Shown here piece after piece: positions 50,008 to 64,000 of a stretch of 64,000 bases of DNA. Within the stretch, counting starts at the first letter, position 1; each line of letters opens with the position of its first letter. Made by a program: the position numbers and the translations under genes. A model generated the notes under the pieces. That model searched no databases, was not told the DNA's origin, and was given only the letters and a program-made list of their open reading frames with translations. The DNA lies in contig CM022669.1 in the NCBI GenBank assembly GCA_012295275.1, positions 14,508,001 through 14,572,000 of the forward strand. The letters are read 5' to 3'. The DNA is from Chrysomallon squamiferum. Taxonomy: Eukaryota; Animalia; Mollusca.

Positions 50008-51242
50008 GCTGTGTGTGCATAAAATACACCCTTTATAAGAACGAAGTTTCTAGGAGTCAGGAACTTTTTCAGATTTTTCAGTATAAGGAACGGACACCCC
50101 GATAATGAAATCCATTTGTATTTCATTTACAGCTGATACAGATAGTCTGCAAGTATTTGTATGTAATATTTCTAATAAATTTATGAATGAAATAAAGCAT
50201 CTGTATGTAAATTATCGGAAAACAATAAGTTGTCACCTTGTCGTCTGCTTAGGAAAGGTTCCGGAGGATTTCGGAGGATTTCGTAGGTTTTTGCTCAATC
50301 CGTATTATTTTGGAGATATAACTTACATTTTAAACCAGATGACGGTTTATTGATCTAAATGCTTACATTAAACTAAGTTACAAACTATTTTGTTGTAGTG
50401 TATATACTGTCTTTTCGCAATCTTGTTCATACGTGGTATTCGATTTATGGAACGACGGTAGAATTATTATTGACTGTCATGAATTATTGATAGCAATATG
50501 ACAAAGCAAAAATTGTGTAACGTTGTATAATATATGAATAGTTTGTATTATTATCACTGTTGTTGTTGTCGTCGTTGTCATTGTTCTTGTAGCTGTTACG
50601 GTTTAATCTGAAACAACAAAAAGTGAAATTTATTTTCACAAATTTCACAAATATTTTAATTTTACCTAAACATTGTACACGTATCATTTAAAATGGTATT
50701 AATAAGTGTACTTGTTGTTTGTACATTTTCCAAACACATAAGCAAATTTCTGCATTTAATTTATCATATGCTCTTTCAAATATTATGAAATAAAGTGCGA
50801 TATGCGTTTACTGTCAGACCAAAAAAATTTACTAATTAATTGCATGCAACTTTTTTCTTTCTTATCAATATCTAATTCATATTGATTAATTACAAATAAA
50901 ACATCCATTAAATCTCTCTTTATTTATTTACAACACTCTCTCTCTCTGTAAAGAGAAACTCACGAGAGTATCAAGGAAAAAGAACTCAGACACTCGCCAG
51001 GAAAGCAAACATTTGATAATTATCTTCTTCGATCAGCTGAAATAAAACCGTTTTAATAAGACGTTGACGCAGAGAGATCGTTGCCTGTGTATAAAGTCTT
51101 GTTCCAGACGTATTGATCTCGTTAAGAACTGACTGTCCTCAGTAAATCATGTTTCTGCTCTAATGCACACATATCCATATCAACACCCCCGCTCATAGAC
51201 ACACAGACACACACACTCACACGCGCACATATAAACACACAT

Positions 51243-51290
<48 letters not shown>

Positions 51291-51600
51291 TCAGACACTT
51301 AATCTATCGTCATGTCTGTCTATCTATCTACCTATCTAATCTGTCTATCTGTCTGTCTGTCTATCTATCTACCTATCTAATCTGTCTATCTGTCTGTCTG
51401 TCTATCTAGCTATCTGTCTGTCTGTCTATCTTTCTTTCTATCTCTGCCTGTCTTTCTACCTACCTTAACTATCTGTATATACATCTGTCTGTCTGTCAGT
51501 CTATCTCTCTATATATCTGCTTACCTACCTACCTACCTACCTACCTACTTATCTAAGTATATACATGCTACATCCACAAACTGGTATATAAACACACAGA

Positions 51601-51648
51601 GAGACATGCACAACAGCTTGCTCTGATTAGCACGTTCATTTTTTTTTT
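51601..51648 (+). mobile_element. SINE/LINE-like 3' tail, copy 2 (5'-truncated)
   Basis: GAGACATGCACAACAGCTTGCTCTGATTAGCACGTT followed by a T-run. Confidence 0.6.
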
Positions 51649-51844
51649 CAGTTTCAGTTTCATGCACACAATCACAGACTCATATTTACGTGTACGAATC
51701 CGGCCCCATCAAAGACAGATGACTTTCTCTTGAATGGTTCTTTAATGAAGCATGTCACAAATTAACTACAGCCGCTGAATCCTTTAGTGTTTAGAGTGTA
51801 AACATAATATTTTAATAATTATAACAGACAGTGTTGTAAAATTG

Positions 51845-51875
<31 letters not shown>

Positions 51876-52026
51876 AAATGAGTTCGGTATTAAAAAGAAA
51901 GATCCAGTTTTAAGTTTGCTTTTGTTTTTTTGGGACAGTTTAGTAAAATAAAAAAAATAAAATACAAACATTATTCCCACGCAATAAGTCCTTTTATTGT
52001 AATGTATTCACACCAATGTTCAGATA

Positions 52027-52119
<93 letters not shown>

Positions 52120-52280
52120 ACACACGCACACATATGGATAAAAAAAAAAGATCCATGTTATGAACTAATTTTCATCAATAAACAAGCAGAAAAAAAGGTG
52201 AAAATACGAGAGAAAGAAAAACAAGGATCTTTAACAACTTAGTCATTTCACTGTTAGGAAATTCTTCATGATTGAAAAAA

Positions 52281-52320
<40 letters not shown>

Positions 52321-53178
52321 TAGAATAATAAAAGCGACATTCCGATTTCTTCAGGTTTTAAAATACCGCCAGTTTTATCAGCAAGACCACACATATTTTT
52401 AATTAATGAAGTCGCAGTTATCTTTTTCATATACTTTACGCATCTGTCATGCATACTTAGTCACAGCTAAGAAGGATTACCTGCTTAAACAATACTAATT
52501 ATTTTTTTGCGGATGATCTCCGTATATTATTATTATTATTGGCGGTCTACTTAGCAGTGGTTTAAAACTGGAGATTTGAAACAAAACGCGAATATTTGAG
52601 GAGGTGTAAATATTACAGTTTAGTAGTTTAGTGGGTTAATTAGAAAAGATTCTATGTGCCAGATTTATTTTTAAACTGAAGATTTTAGAAAAATGTAGCT
52701 TTTAATTATATCTAACGTGATCATGTTGGTTACGGTTTAGAAGAATAGTTTTAACTGCAGAATCAAACAAGATTAAGTAGAGTTTGATTTGTTAATAGAA
52801 TTAGTCCTTTTTGTTTACTCATATGGCCTATTTCCCGATCAAGACAACTTCTTTATTAAAGACCACGATATTTAAGATGCTTATAAATGGTTATTCTCTG
52901 GTAACTGAAAAAGAGTGGCCAATTGTATTAACCATTGGTTTCCTCTGTCATAATCCGTATGACTTTAACAAAACGACTGGGTTAAAAATGTACTGACTGA
53001 AAGTTACTTCATTCCTTCACCATTCAAAAATTGAATATGTTCACGAAATCTTGAACTCCACATTTGGAATCATTGATCCACTGGATTAAAATCCCTCTTC
53101 GGCATCTGATTCACCATATAACGCTTACTTTATGAACAGAACAGTTACCATGCTTCCATAACGATAATATCTAAGCAT

Positions 53179-53370
53179 TAGGGCTGTATTGTCCCAGGAC
53201 CTGGCCCCTAGGCTTTTAGAACTTTCGGGCCGCTATGTTCAAATGTGCTTTAACTACTGGAGCTCTAGAACTCATTTAACAGTGCCTGCCTCGGCAAAAA
53301 AGAAACGAACAAAAAATCTGATAGTCCCCTAGACTTCAGCGTAGTCAGACTACTGAATTATACGGCCCAG
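53179..53370. mobile_element. 192-bp hAT-type MITE with 8-bp target-site duplication
   Basis: CTAAGCAT at 53171-53178 and 53371-53378 flanks imperfect TIRs TAGGGCTGTAT / ATACGGCCCAG. Confidence 0.8.
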
Positions 53371-53937
53371 CTAAGCATGCCTGTCGTGGGCAGAACGTCT
53401 CAATTCTTCTAAACACCTGTTTTTAAACGTCACATGGCATACACATTTACATTTAAAGAAAGGTGAAATCGCTTCTGCTTCCAGGTTAGTTTGATATTTT
53501 ATATTGATTGGTCTGGTCGTTCTTGCCTGACAAGTTTTTGTAGCTGCTGTCTTTTGTCCCACAGCGACCAGTCGTCAAACGATGTACTTTCGGTACCAGC
53601 GTAAACCGGTTTTCCTAGCAGACGACATCCGAACTGTCCGCAATTAGAGGTGGAGAGATGTAGCGTCTATAACTACCTCGATTGTTAACCAATCTTCTGA
53701 CCACAACAGGCTCGTCAGAGGTCCTCGTTAACCATGTCAACAATACCAAACTATTGTTCTTTGTATATTTTGACAATGGATACCAAGAGATTTCTTTTGC
53801 AAACATTAGGAATACGTTAACTTTAAACAACATCACCATTTAGTCTTTGAGACGAGATGTATCGGTCTTAAGAAAAAAAATATTAGAAGAAGAAACGAAA
53901 TACCAACAAAAAAAGAACAAAAAAAAACAAAACAAAC

Positions 53938-54225
53938 ATGAATGCTGCGGCGAAACTTGTGAAAAGAGCCTTGGCCGTGGACCAGAGGATTTGTATCAAC
54001 GTCGGGGGTGTGGTGTTCGAGACGTTGTCCAGCACCCTGCAGAAATTCCCGGGGACGCGCCTCTCCACCCTGGCGATCATGCACGAAAAGGACGAGAGCT
54101 GGGACGGAGAGAGGAAACAGTTTTTCTTTGACAGACACCCAGGCGTGTTTTCTTTCATCATACATTACTACAGAACAGACGAGCTGCATATAGAACACAA
54201 TATATGTGGAAATATCATCAAAGGG
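53938..54225 (+). CDS. Voltage-gated K+ channel, Shaw/Kv3-like: first coding exon (T1 tetramerisation domain); rest of gene not found in window
   Basis: RICINVGGVVFET...TLQKFPGTRLS...FFFDRHPGVFSFIIHYYRTDELHIEHNICG, with the H-x5-C half of the Zn site found in non-Shaker Kv T1 domains. Phase-0 donor GGG|GTAAGT. No downstream EL.FWG exon seen before 64000. Confidence 0.85.
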
Positions 54226-54643
54226 GTAAGTGTCCATTTGTTTTGTTTTCTTTTGTATGGTTAAATGATTTTTTTATTGTTAGAGTTAAAATGCATTCTT
54301 GAATTATCTTCACAAATGCAAATGAATGAATGAATGAATAAATGAAAAGAACGCGACACATTTTATAGTGTTATATGTCTAATTTATTATTAGAACTAAA
54401 AACTGTTTTAGGTTTATGTCTATAGAGCGATATGCTACTTGAGACTGTTCTTAGAATTTCTACTTATGCATGTTTCCATCATAATCTCTCATTTCGTTTC
54501 TACGCCTTTATTTGCACGAACCGTTATAATCTTTGTAATGCTTTCGATAATTTTACATATATCCACACTTCATTTTTCAACCTGATATGTTGGGTTTTTT
54601 TTTGAACTGTATCTGTACAAACCGTTATAAACCTGAGATGGTG

Positions 54644-54727
54644 CCTATAGTTCTCTACGTAGAGGCCGTTAATTCGCTTGAGACATGCTTCACAACAGCT
54701 TGCTCTGATTAGCACGTTAATTTTTTT
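54644..54727 (+). mobile_element. SINE/LINE-like 3' tail, copy 3
   Basis: CCTATAGTT...GAGACATGCTTCACAACAGCTTGCTCTGATTAGCACGTTAA followed by a T-run. Confidence 0.65.
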
Positions 54728-55233
54728 GTTTTCAAGCTTGAGATTTTTTATTTTTTATTATTATTATTATTCTTGTTTTTTCTTTTTTTTCTTAATATAT
54801 ATATATATATATATATTTTTTGTTTTGTTTTGAGTTCTGTATTTATTATCTGTTATAATGCTAGGGATGGGTTTTGGAGTTCTGTATCTCTAAACTATTA
54901 TAATATCTGGGATGGTTTGTAGCGCTGTATACTATTAGTAGAATTATTGTTTGTATTATTTTTTCTATGATTATTATTATTATCGCTGCTGCCGGAACTA
55001 TTATATTTCTGACACAGCATCTAACGTTTTTCAACAACTTACATTTTACTGTTACTTATCTACCACTATTACTATTATTATTGCTACTGCTAACAGTAAT
55101 AATCATAATAATAATAATAATATCAACATTAGTAATAATAACAATAATAACAACAACAACAATAACAAAACAACAACAATAATAAAAGTAGTAGTAATAA
55201 TAATAATTATAATAATAAACGATATTAGTAGTA

Positions 55234-55320
<87 letters not shown>

Positions 55321-57416
55321 TATTATTGTTATTAATAATATAAAGCTCTATTTAAAAGGATCGAAGGAAAAGCCAAAGTGTCACTTGTAAATGAAACGTA
55401 ACGCTTCGTTTATCTCGAGTGAACTCGTTAATTGACGATTAATTAAACAGTGCAAAGACAGCTCAGACATATCCATAGAAACCACATAAAGACACAACAG
55501 TCGTCATGGTATTTTTTTAAATAAACACAGACACGTATTAATTTTACTTGCAAAAGCCCAATCTTTGCTCACCTAATTATCAGTTATTTGTATCCACATT
55601 CCGGCCATGTAATAATTAAAGTCAGTTTTGTTTTCTTTACAACTAGGCAATATTTGATTATTATTAATGACGTCGTTGTAGTTGTCGTCCAGATGTTGAT
55701 TATGCTGACGTATATAACAATAGTGTTGTGGTGGGGTTTTGTTTTCCAGTTATTTTGGAACGCAAGGGAAAATAAATACTTCTACGACGTGAGATCTAAA
55801 TATGAGAGTTTTCGCTTCGTGTGAAACTGTATTGTCACAACGTCCACGATTCACTTTCATAACTACAGGAAATTTTAATATAAATAATAGATGAAATAGC
55901 AATATTTATATTATAGTAAAATAAACAATATTAAAGTATTTTTATTCGTGGTAGTAATATATATATATATATTTTTAAATTTATTATTATTATTACAGAG
56001 CATATAAAATAAAATTATTTTGATTGTTTATCTTTAATTGTTACTATAAAACTAAAAAAACTAAACATATCTGCTTATTCTGACGGAAGTCTGGTCTACG
56101 AAAGATAATATGTTGAATTGTTCTAAAAATGTATTTATGTTTTATGATTTTCTACTGACCAAATGTTACAACAGAAAACATGAACAACAACAACAACAAC
56201 AATGCCAAAAACAACAATTTTTTATTCTCACAAATGTAGAAGATAGTCATAAAAATTTAGGCATGGTAAAATCACGGCGTCAGTTCACACCGTTACATTC
56301 ACGTTAACAGATCTAGCGTTCAGATCTTACATCTTGTGTCCGTTTAGATACTTATTATACTTTTATTTAAGCTACACGTTTTTCTCATCATCCAATTATC
56401 TTATTCGGTGTTATTCCCATCTTTTCGTTCATTTAAAAACATCCAAAGTTACAAATGTAGCAAATACGAATATGCGGCGACATTTTAGATTTTCTGTTTC
56501 CCAACAGACATGTACGTATTAGTAATAGAAGTGTTTGTTATTTTTCAAATCAGATTTCATTTGGTCGATGAAACTATGTTAAAATTACACCAAACTGTTA
56601 CTGTGTTTGGTTAATCTTTTGTACGTTCATCAATGACAGAATAATGGTTATATAGTCAGTAGATCCATATTTCAGAAATAAAGGAGAAAGTTAATTCATT
56701 GCTGTGGATAAGTATCAATATGAAGTGAATTTTATTATAAATAAGAAAATATATATATAATTCAATCATATATATATAAAATGCAATCATATATATATAT
56801 ATATCTGTATCTGTGTGTGTGTGTGTGTGATAAATATATCTGTATCTGTGTACATATAAGTATGTATTTATGTCTGTATGTATGTATTGTGAAACGGCCA
56901 TATACTTAACAAATCTAAAAAAACAATTCTGCAATAGTCCTGATGTAACAAAACACTTAAAATTTTCTAAATTCTACTTGTCTCTGATCAATTATTTACA
57001 ACCATTTTCTTCTTTTCTGAAACATAAGGAATTAAAAAAAAAAAAAACAGAGAGCGAAAGAACCAGAACAAAAACACATCAGTGGATTTCAGCTTTTACA
57101 AATCGTTCTTCTGTCAACATCGTGAAAGCAACGGCAAACAAACAAACAGAAAAGCCTTTCTCTTTTGTGTTTATATTTTCTAGCAATGGTTTGTATAGTT
57201 CGCAGAGTAAAACACGTGAAATCATTTATATTTAAGACATGTTTTGCGAAGCTTACATCATTAATTCATTAAGCAAATTTCTATTTAGCTTTTCCTCTGT
57301 CGAACCATTTATCGTTTTGTACTAGACCACTGTATTAACTTTATTACGAACTACGCACACATACAAATGTAAGGAGAGAGACACGCACATACGCAGGCAA
57401 ACGTAGTGGCATAAAT

Positions 57417-57420
<4 letters not shown>

Positions 57421-57489
<69 letters not shown>

Positions 57490-57522
57490 GAAAAAGAGAT
57501 TGAGTGTGTGTGCGCGTATTTC

Positions 57523-57587
<65 letters not shown>

Positions 57588-57619
57588 GAAAAAGAGATTG
57601 AGTGTGTGTGCGCGTATTT

Positions 57620-57692
<73 letters not shown>
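57421..57692. repeat. (GA)n tracts separated by a duplicated ~40-bp spacer
   Basis: AAACAGAAAAAGAGATTGAGTGTGTGTGCGCGTATTTCTG occurs twice between three (GA)n runs. Confidence 0.9.
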
Positions 57693-57696
<4 letters not shown>

Positions 57697-58823
57697 CACA
57701 AATACAAATACAAATGGTAATTGACACAAATATGCATTACACAGTTATTATATTTTTCTTCGTATGATCTACAATATATTGTTGTTTTTTTTTCAATCCT
57801 TTTACGGCTGAACTCCTACTGGTCGAATGATCAGTCATTGTAAGTTTTTACATTGTAAAGCTGTGTATGTAACCTGTAATGTAAATACAACAATACTCAA
57901 AAAGTTACCAACAATAAGTGAACAACATGGTTTTATATACGTCACTTGAAAACCTTTTTATATTAAGTTTTAATACACGATGAAAAATGGTGAAATTATG
58001 ACTGAGCTCTAAGCATTTGGTACGAAGTCAAAACACCAAAAGATACAGATTATTTACTCATTACATTCTTCTTCTTCTATCCCTTTTTTGGGGAGATTCA
58101 AAATTGACATTGCCGTAGTTAAGGAAAACTTATTAAAGGGCGTATAGCACGATCTACGAATAAAACGCGATCCAGATAAAAAGTAACTCCAGCTCTCGTT
58201 TGCTAACCGCATTTATCGCTTAATTAGGCCTGTGTCAACGTCGAATCATTTTATCGTTTGGTTAGGCAAGGAGAACTGAAGATAAGGGCGATAACACGAA
58301 ACATTCATTCTCACTTCCGAGAGTGATAATTGTGTTTGCTTTTAAATATGCTTTTCAAATTAATATTTGATTAAGCGTCGGCACTGACACGACTTATTTA
58401 GAAGAAATAGACGTAACAAACAAGACACGACTCTGTCTGTAATTGAATAATACTTGTTATAAGCTGCATTAACGACAGGGCACGTACTGATTGGCATTCA
58501 ACAATTTTACGTATGAATCAACGCTGAAAAAAAAATTGTCTCTAATATTGCCATAACGCTTCACTGATTGATTGTTTTAAGCAAATCGTGCAAGGAGTCG
58601 GATGATTTATTATATATATATATATATAATATATTTTTATTAAATTTGAATCAGCATCTTTTTAAAAAGAAGAATCTTTCAAGGAAGCTGAATTGAAAAA
58701 TTGCATGTAGGCCATTATCAAAGCTGGTTGTCGTTTCGTCGTATACACGTATAAAACGTTTTGACAATTCTCTATAATAATCCATGTCAAATAAATAATA
58801 TTTCTATTTAAAAATATGAATAT

Positions 58824-59200
<377 letters not shown>

Positions 59201-59394
59201 CTCCGACTCAGTGATTAAACGGAGATGCTCAGAAATGAATAACTTGCATGCAGATCGTGATTAAAAAACAACATACTTTTATTATTATTGTTATTATTAT
59301 TATTATAACCTCATTATTATCATTATATTATTATTATTATTATTATCATATTATGATTATCATTATAATCGCCATCATCATCATCATCATAATA

Positions 59395-59432
<38 letters not shown>

Positions 59433-59946
59433 GTGCTGTCAGATTTAGAAATTTAATATAATATAACGCCAAGGTAAAATAATAATGGACACAGATCATT
59501 ATTCTAAACCCTGCAAACGGTTTTAAATATTTAACTGTGCAAAACGCTCTTCCAGTAAAAGGAGCGTACATAAATGTCACATCACTAAATACTTTATTTT
59601 TCTAACAATGGCAGGCTTTTTATTGCAAATCTGTAGTCGTGTTATCTGGTACATTTAATCCTGTCACAGAATTCGCAAGTAATGTAAAGTCTTGTTTAGA
59701 TGTCATTCACTGCAGTGAATGTTTGACAATGGAAGGTTCTGGGTTCGGTTTCAAGTAATGAACTGTTTTGTGGATTTATTAAACGACTTTCTGTTTCTCT
59801 CTTTGTTTTTGGGTATGATTCATTCCTTGTTGCTGTTTCACAGTAACTTGTCGTTTTCTGATTGTCTGTCTCTCTAAACTATGTATTTTTCAGTCTATAT
59901 CGTTTTTCTATCTCTGTATTTCTATAATAGTCTTTTTTCTTTATGT

Positions 59947-60023
<77 letters not shown>

Positions 60024-60713
60024 AGTGTGTTGTTTATGTGTTCTGAGATTGTCTCTCTGATTCGCTTGAAGATAGCAATCACGATCGATAGCAAAAACTG
60101 ATTTTCACCTCGTTATTTATTTTTTTTTAATTTTTCCGAAGCCTTTGAAATCGACTGGATCACAGATAACATTTTTTTGTTCTTCTGTCTACAATATATT
60201 ATCCGTCTCAAATAACATATATATAGCTTATCATTTTAAAACTTAAATTCATACTCGTTCCAGGCTTTCTCTTAACTCATTGCTAATTGCATCATTTATG
60301 TCATACACAAACGCAACGTTGAATTTAATTGTGTAAATCGAATAAGCCCCTGGCATCGCTCGAACGCGTCCTGTTCCGACAAACTCATTTAAAAAAAAAA
60401 AAAAAAAAAATGTAATAATGATCAGGCAAGATTCTTGTGTTTGTTCGCTTGCGCTTGTCTGTTACCGTCACCATAGAAACATTTATTACTTATCGATGAA
60501 AAATCAATGCTGCACATATTAAAGTGCGTATCGTTCAAATGGAATAACAGTATTCTGTTACGGAAAGCGATCAGTATGTACAGACTGAAGTAGCCAAGTG
60601 TACGAAAACAAGAAAACTTGAAATTGTTGATGTCGTGAAATAGTCCTTAGATCGTTGTCTGACATTGAAGAATAGCGGTAAACAAATAAATAAATAAATC
60701 AATAAAAACACAA

Positions 60714-60835
<122 letters not shown>

Positions 60836-60851
60836 TCTATCTCGCTCTCTG

Positions 60852-60994
<143 letters not shown>

Positions 60995-63133
60995 TATCTA
61001 AAATTGTTTTCTGTTCTCAGCTCTTGTTGTTTTTTTTTTTTTAATCTTTTATATTTGTTCTGCGTTTATTGTATTTTTCCTAAAGATCTATAAAAAGAGA
61101 AACACAGTTAAGTAAATTAACTTCTATAAATATGGAATTTCCATAGCCTGTAGTCAACTGTATTTTTATCAGTATGGTCTTTCAGTATAACTTTCTTGCA
61201 AAGTATTTTACAGCAACAACAGCTACTACTACTACTACTACTACTACCAACGACATTGATGACGACGATGATGATGACAGTGATAATAAATAAATAATTA
61301 CATAAAAAAATCAAAATGCTACCTTCTCGCCAAGTCTGTAATATTGCTGCAGCACTTATTAAATTTTTGTTTGTGACATCATATTATTGTGACGTCAGAC
61401 GATTGTGTTACATTTAACTGTTTCAGTAAATTCTGCTGGAATGATAATAGTGAACTGTTAATTGTATTGACTTGTTACCGCTATGCTTACAGCTAGCATC
61501 ACACTGTTCTGATAACTGTTAACGTAAAGTGATTTTTCAGTAGTCTGTAAAATCGGAAACACCGTTACGTAAATTAACTATTGATTAATAATGGAAATTT
61601 CCTCAGCGTTAGCCTGGCGTATATATTTAGCTGCGGGACAAATTTACCCATAAGAACATAGATAAACTTTATTATTTGTTTGTCTGTATGCATATGCGTA
61701 AAAGTGTGGGTGTGCGTGTGTGTACATGTGCGTGTATATGTGTGTGTCTCTGTATGTGTCAAGTTTGTATTGGGTTCTGTTGAATTTGACTTACCGCTTT
61801 CTGAAAAATTGTTATAAATAACAGTGGTGACGACGACAACGACAACATCAATAATAATAACAATAATAATCATCATCGTCATCGACGTCATCACTGTCAA
61901 CGTCGTTATCATCATCATCATATGAGAAATATATATATTCATTTTTATATTGCCACTTAATAATTTTAACATCAGTGTAATATTAATATAACACCATTAA
62001 CAAAGATAAATTCATTGTAATAGGGTCACGCTACTGAGCTAAGTGATGACATCATTGTTATTGTTATTACGTGATGGCATTGTGCTAACTGTTGACGTTG
62101 CACTATTACTTTAACTGTTGAATTGATCTACAATTAGTAGAACAGTTGCATAGTACAGTGCGTGCTCGTGTCTGTGTACCTAATTCGCTGTTGTGACATC
62201 ATACTATTGTGATGTCATACCGTTGTGAGGTCATACTATTGTGTTTTTAATTTAGCTGTGAATAGGAGCGTTAGGGTGCACGTGTGTGACTGCGTGTGTG
62301 TGTGTATATGTGGATCACGTATTTATTGCTTCTGCTGCTAGTAATACTACCTTTACTAGTAATATTGCTGCTGTTGTTGGTGATGATTTGTTGCTATTCC
62401 GGGCACTGCTGCTATCCGTGTTAATATTATCTGTCTAACTAGCGCAAGAAGAACTGCAACAAACCATACCGTTGTATTACAATCACTATTACTGATACAT
62501 TACTGATACGCATACATATACAAACACACAAAGACAAATGCGTGCGCCTACATATTGTGTACAAATATCCTAACTCAGTTTAATTAACATTAGATTACTG
62601 TTTAGAAACGGGCATATAAATAAAAAATATGTATATATTATATATTTCTAAACTATAAACGAAATAGACATTTCGGTACGAATCATTTGTTACATCGTCA
62701 TTAATTTAATGCGAATTAAATGATGTTAGGGAATAGGTAATCTTTCCACAATTAAACATTTACTACAACATTTTGTTTTAAATTCAGTCAGGAAAAACAG
62801 TACATGTTAAATGTATTACGTTTGTTTGTTCTTGTTTTTCGAGTTTTTTTTTTTTTTTTTTTTTTTGTAGGGATTTTTTTATTTGATCCTTTCTTTCTCT
62901 TTTTATAAAATTTTTATTTGATTATTTTTTTAAAGATAATTTCTCAAGAGATGGAGTTAAACGCATTAATAAGTAACAGCTTACTATATTTGCTTCCTGA
63001 TAACAATACGCTTGCAAGTTATTAATGAAGATAACATGAGGGAATACACGAATTTCCCAAAACGTTCCAGTATTAAAAATACCATTTTTATATAATATAG
63101 TTGTATGGTTATTAACGTATTTATGGCTTTCTT

Positions 63134-63165
<32 letters not shown>

Positions 63166-63362
63166 CGTTATGTAAACGCTCGCTGTAATTATTTAGTTAT
63201 TCATAATTGATAAATATTTTTTTTATCCTCTTAAAACTGTTGTTCCGGTGTTAGTTGCATTAGTAATCTATTTGTTTTTACTATGATGATAATCTAGCGA
63301 TTAAGAACCGTGTATGAAATTTAAGCCTAAACGAATGTATTTTTATTATATTTCATTTTAAC

Positions 63363-63427
<65 letters not shown>

Positions 63428-64000
63428 TTATTTATATTTATTTATTTATTGTTGTTGTTATTAATGATGATGATGATGTTACTATTATTTAATTGTAATT
63501 TTTCATTCTTTATTTCTTTTCTTTTTTTCAAATTACTTATTTAATATTTATTTATTTATTGATATTTTCCAGTTATTTATTTTAGCTTGTGTCTTCTGTT
63601 GTTTACACAATCTGTTATAATAACTATTGTTATATATGACAACAATAAACACAAAATCCAATGCACGATCGAGATAACACAATACCGTACATATCTCTCA
63701 ATAGACGCTGTTTGGCACTGGAGCGTGATATTGTTATCTCGATTAGATAATGGATTCCAAACAGTCACGAAAAACAGCTCCTGCTGAGAATACATCCCTA
63801 CCTTATCAGTTTTAAAAAAAATAATAGTGTTGCATTGTTTGAATGATAAGTGCATTATAATTCGTCAGTGGATTAAAAAATATGTCAATATTAATACTGA
63901 TAACGACAGTTCGAGCAATTATTAAAAAATTGTTTTTATTTAACGAGTGAGAGAAGGCGTCAGAGTTTGTAAATTTGGGGGTTTTTTCTAGCAGCAACGA

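Noticed and set aside
46600-53100. Possible additional genes in the long intergenic stretch
   Set aside because: No ORF with credible composition or a consistent exon chain was found; only microsatellites and repeat fragments.
63708-63765. miR-96/263-like seed (TTTGGCACT) in an inverted repeat
   Set aside because: The arms are asymmetric and the putative mature strand is largely unpaired, so it is not a pre-miRNA-like fold.

Overview
AT-rich, microsatellite-dense animal genomic DNA with spliceosomal GT-AG introns. Gene content and repeat style suggest an invertebrate, probably a mollusc (inference; species not identifiable). I built seven spliced protein-coding loci by hand. (1) EDC3 on the minus strand, running off the left edge. 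(2) A secreted orphan protein with about 50 His/Lys heptad repeats (HKAKKSx); its repeat exon has two frameshifts and the CDS is flanked by direct repeats. (3) A 24-exon NEDD4-family ligase (C2, 4xWW, HECT) with one splice junction whose phases do not match. (4) A secreted PAN/Apple plus C-type-lectin-like protein. (5) A Thr/Ser-rich type I membrane mucin. (6) An approximately 281-aa protein starting MGCGAS whose C-terminal half resembles a stand-alone dynein microtubule-binding domain with no motor; this is the most interesting item, a candidate membrane-microtubule tether. (7) The first coding exon (T1 domain) of a Shaw/Kv3-like potassium channel. Mobile DNA comprises a truncated Tigger/pogo relic, a TA-flanked MITE, hAT-type MITEs and SINE-like tails. 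Most ORFs in the supplied track are microsatellite or antisense artefacts. All homology calls come from motif recognition; no searches were run.
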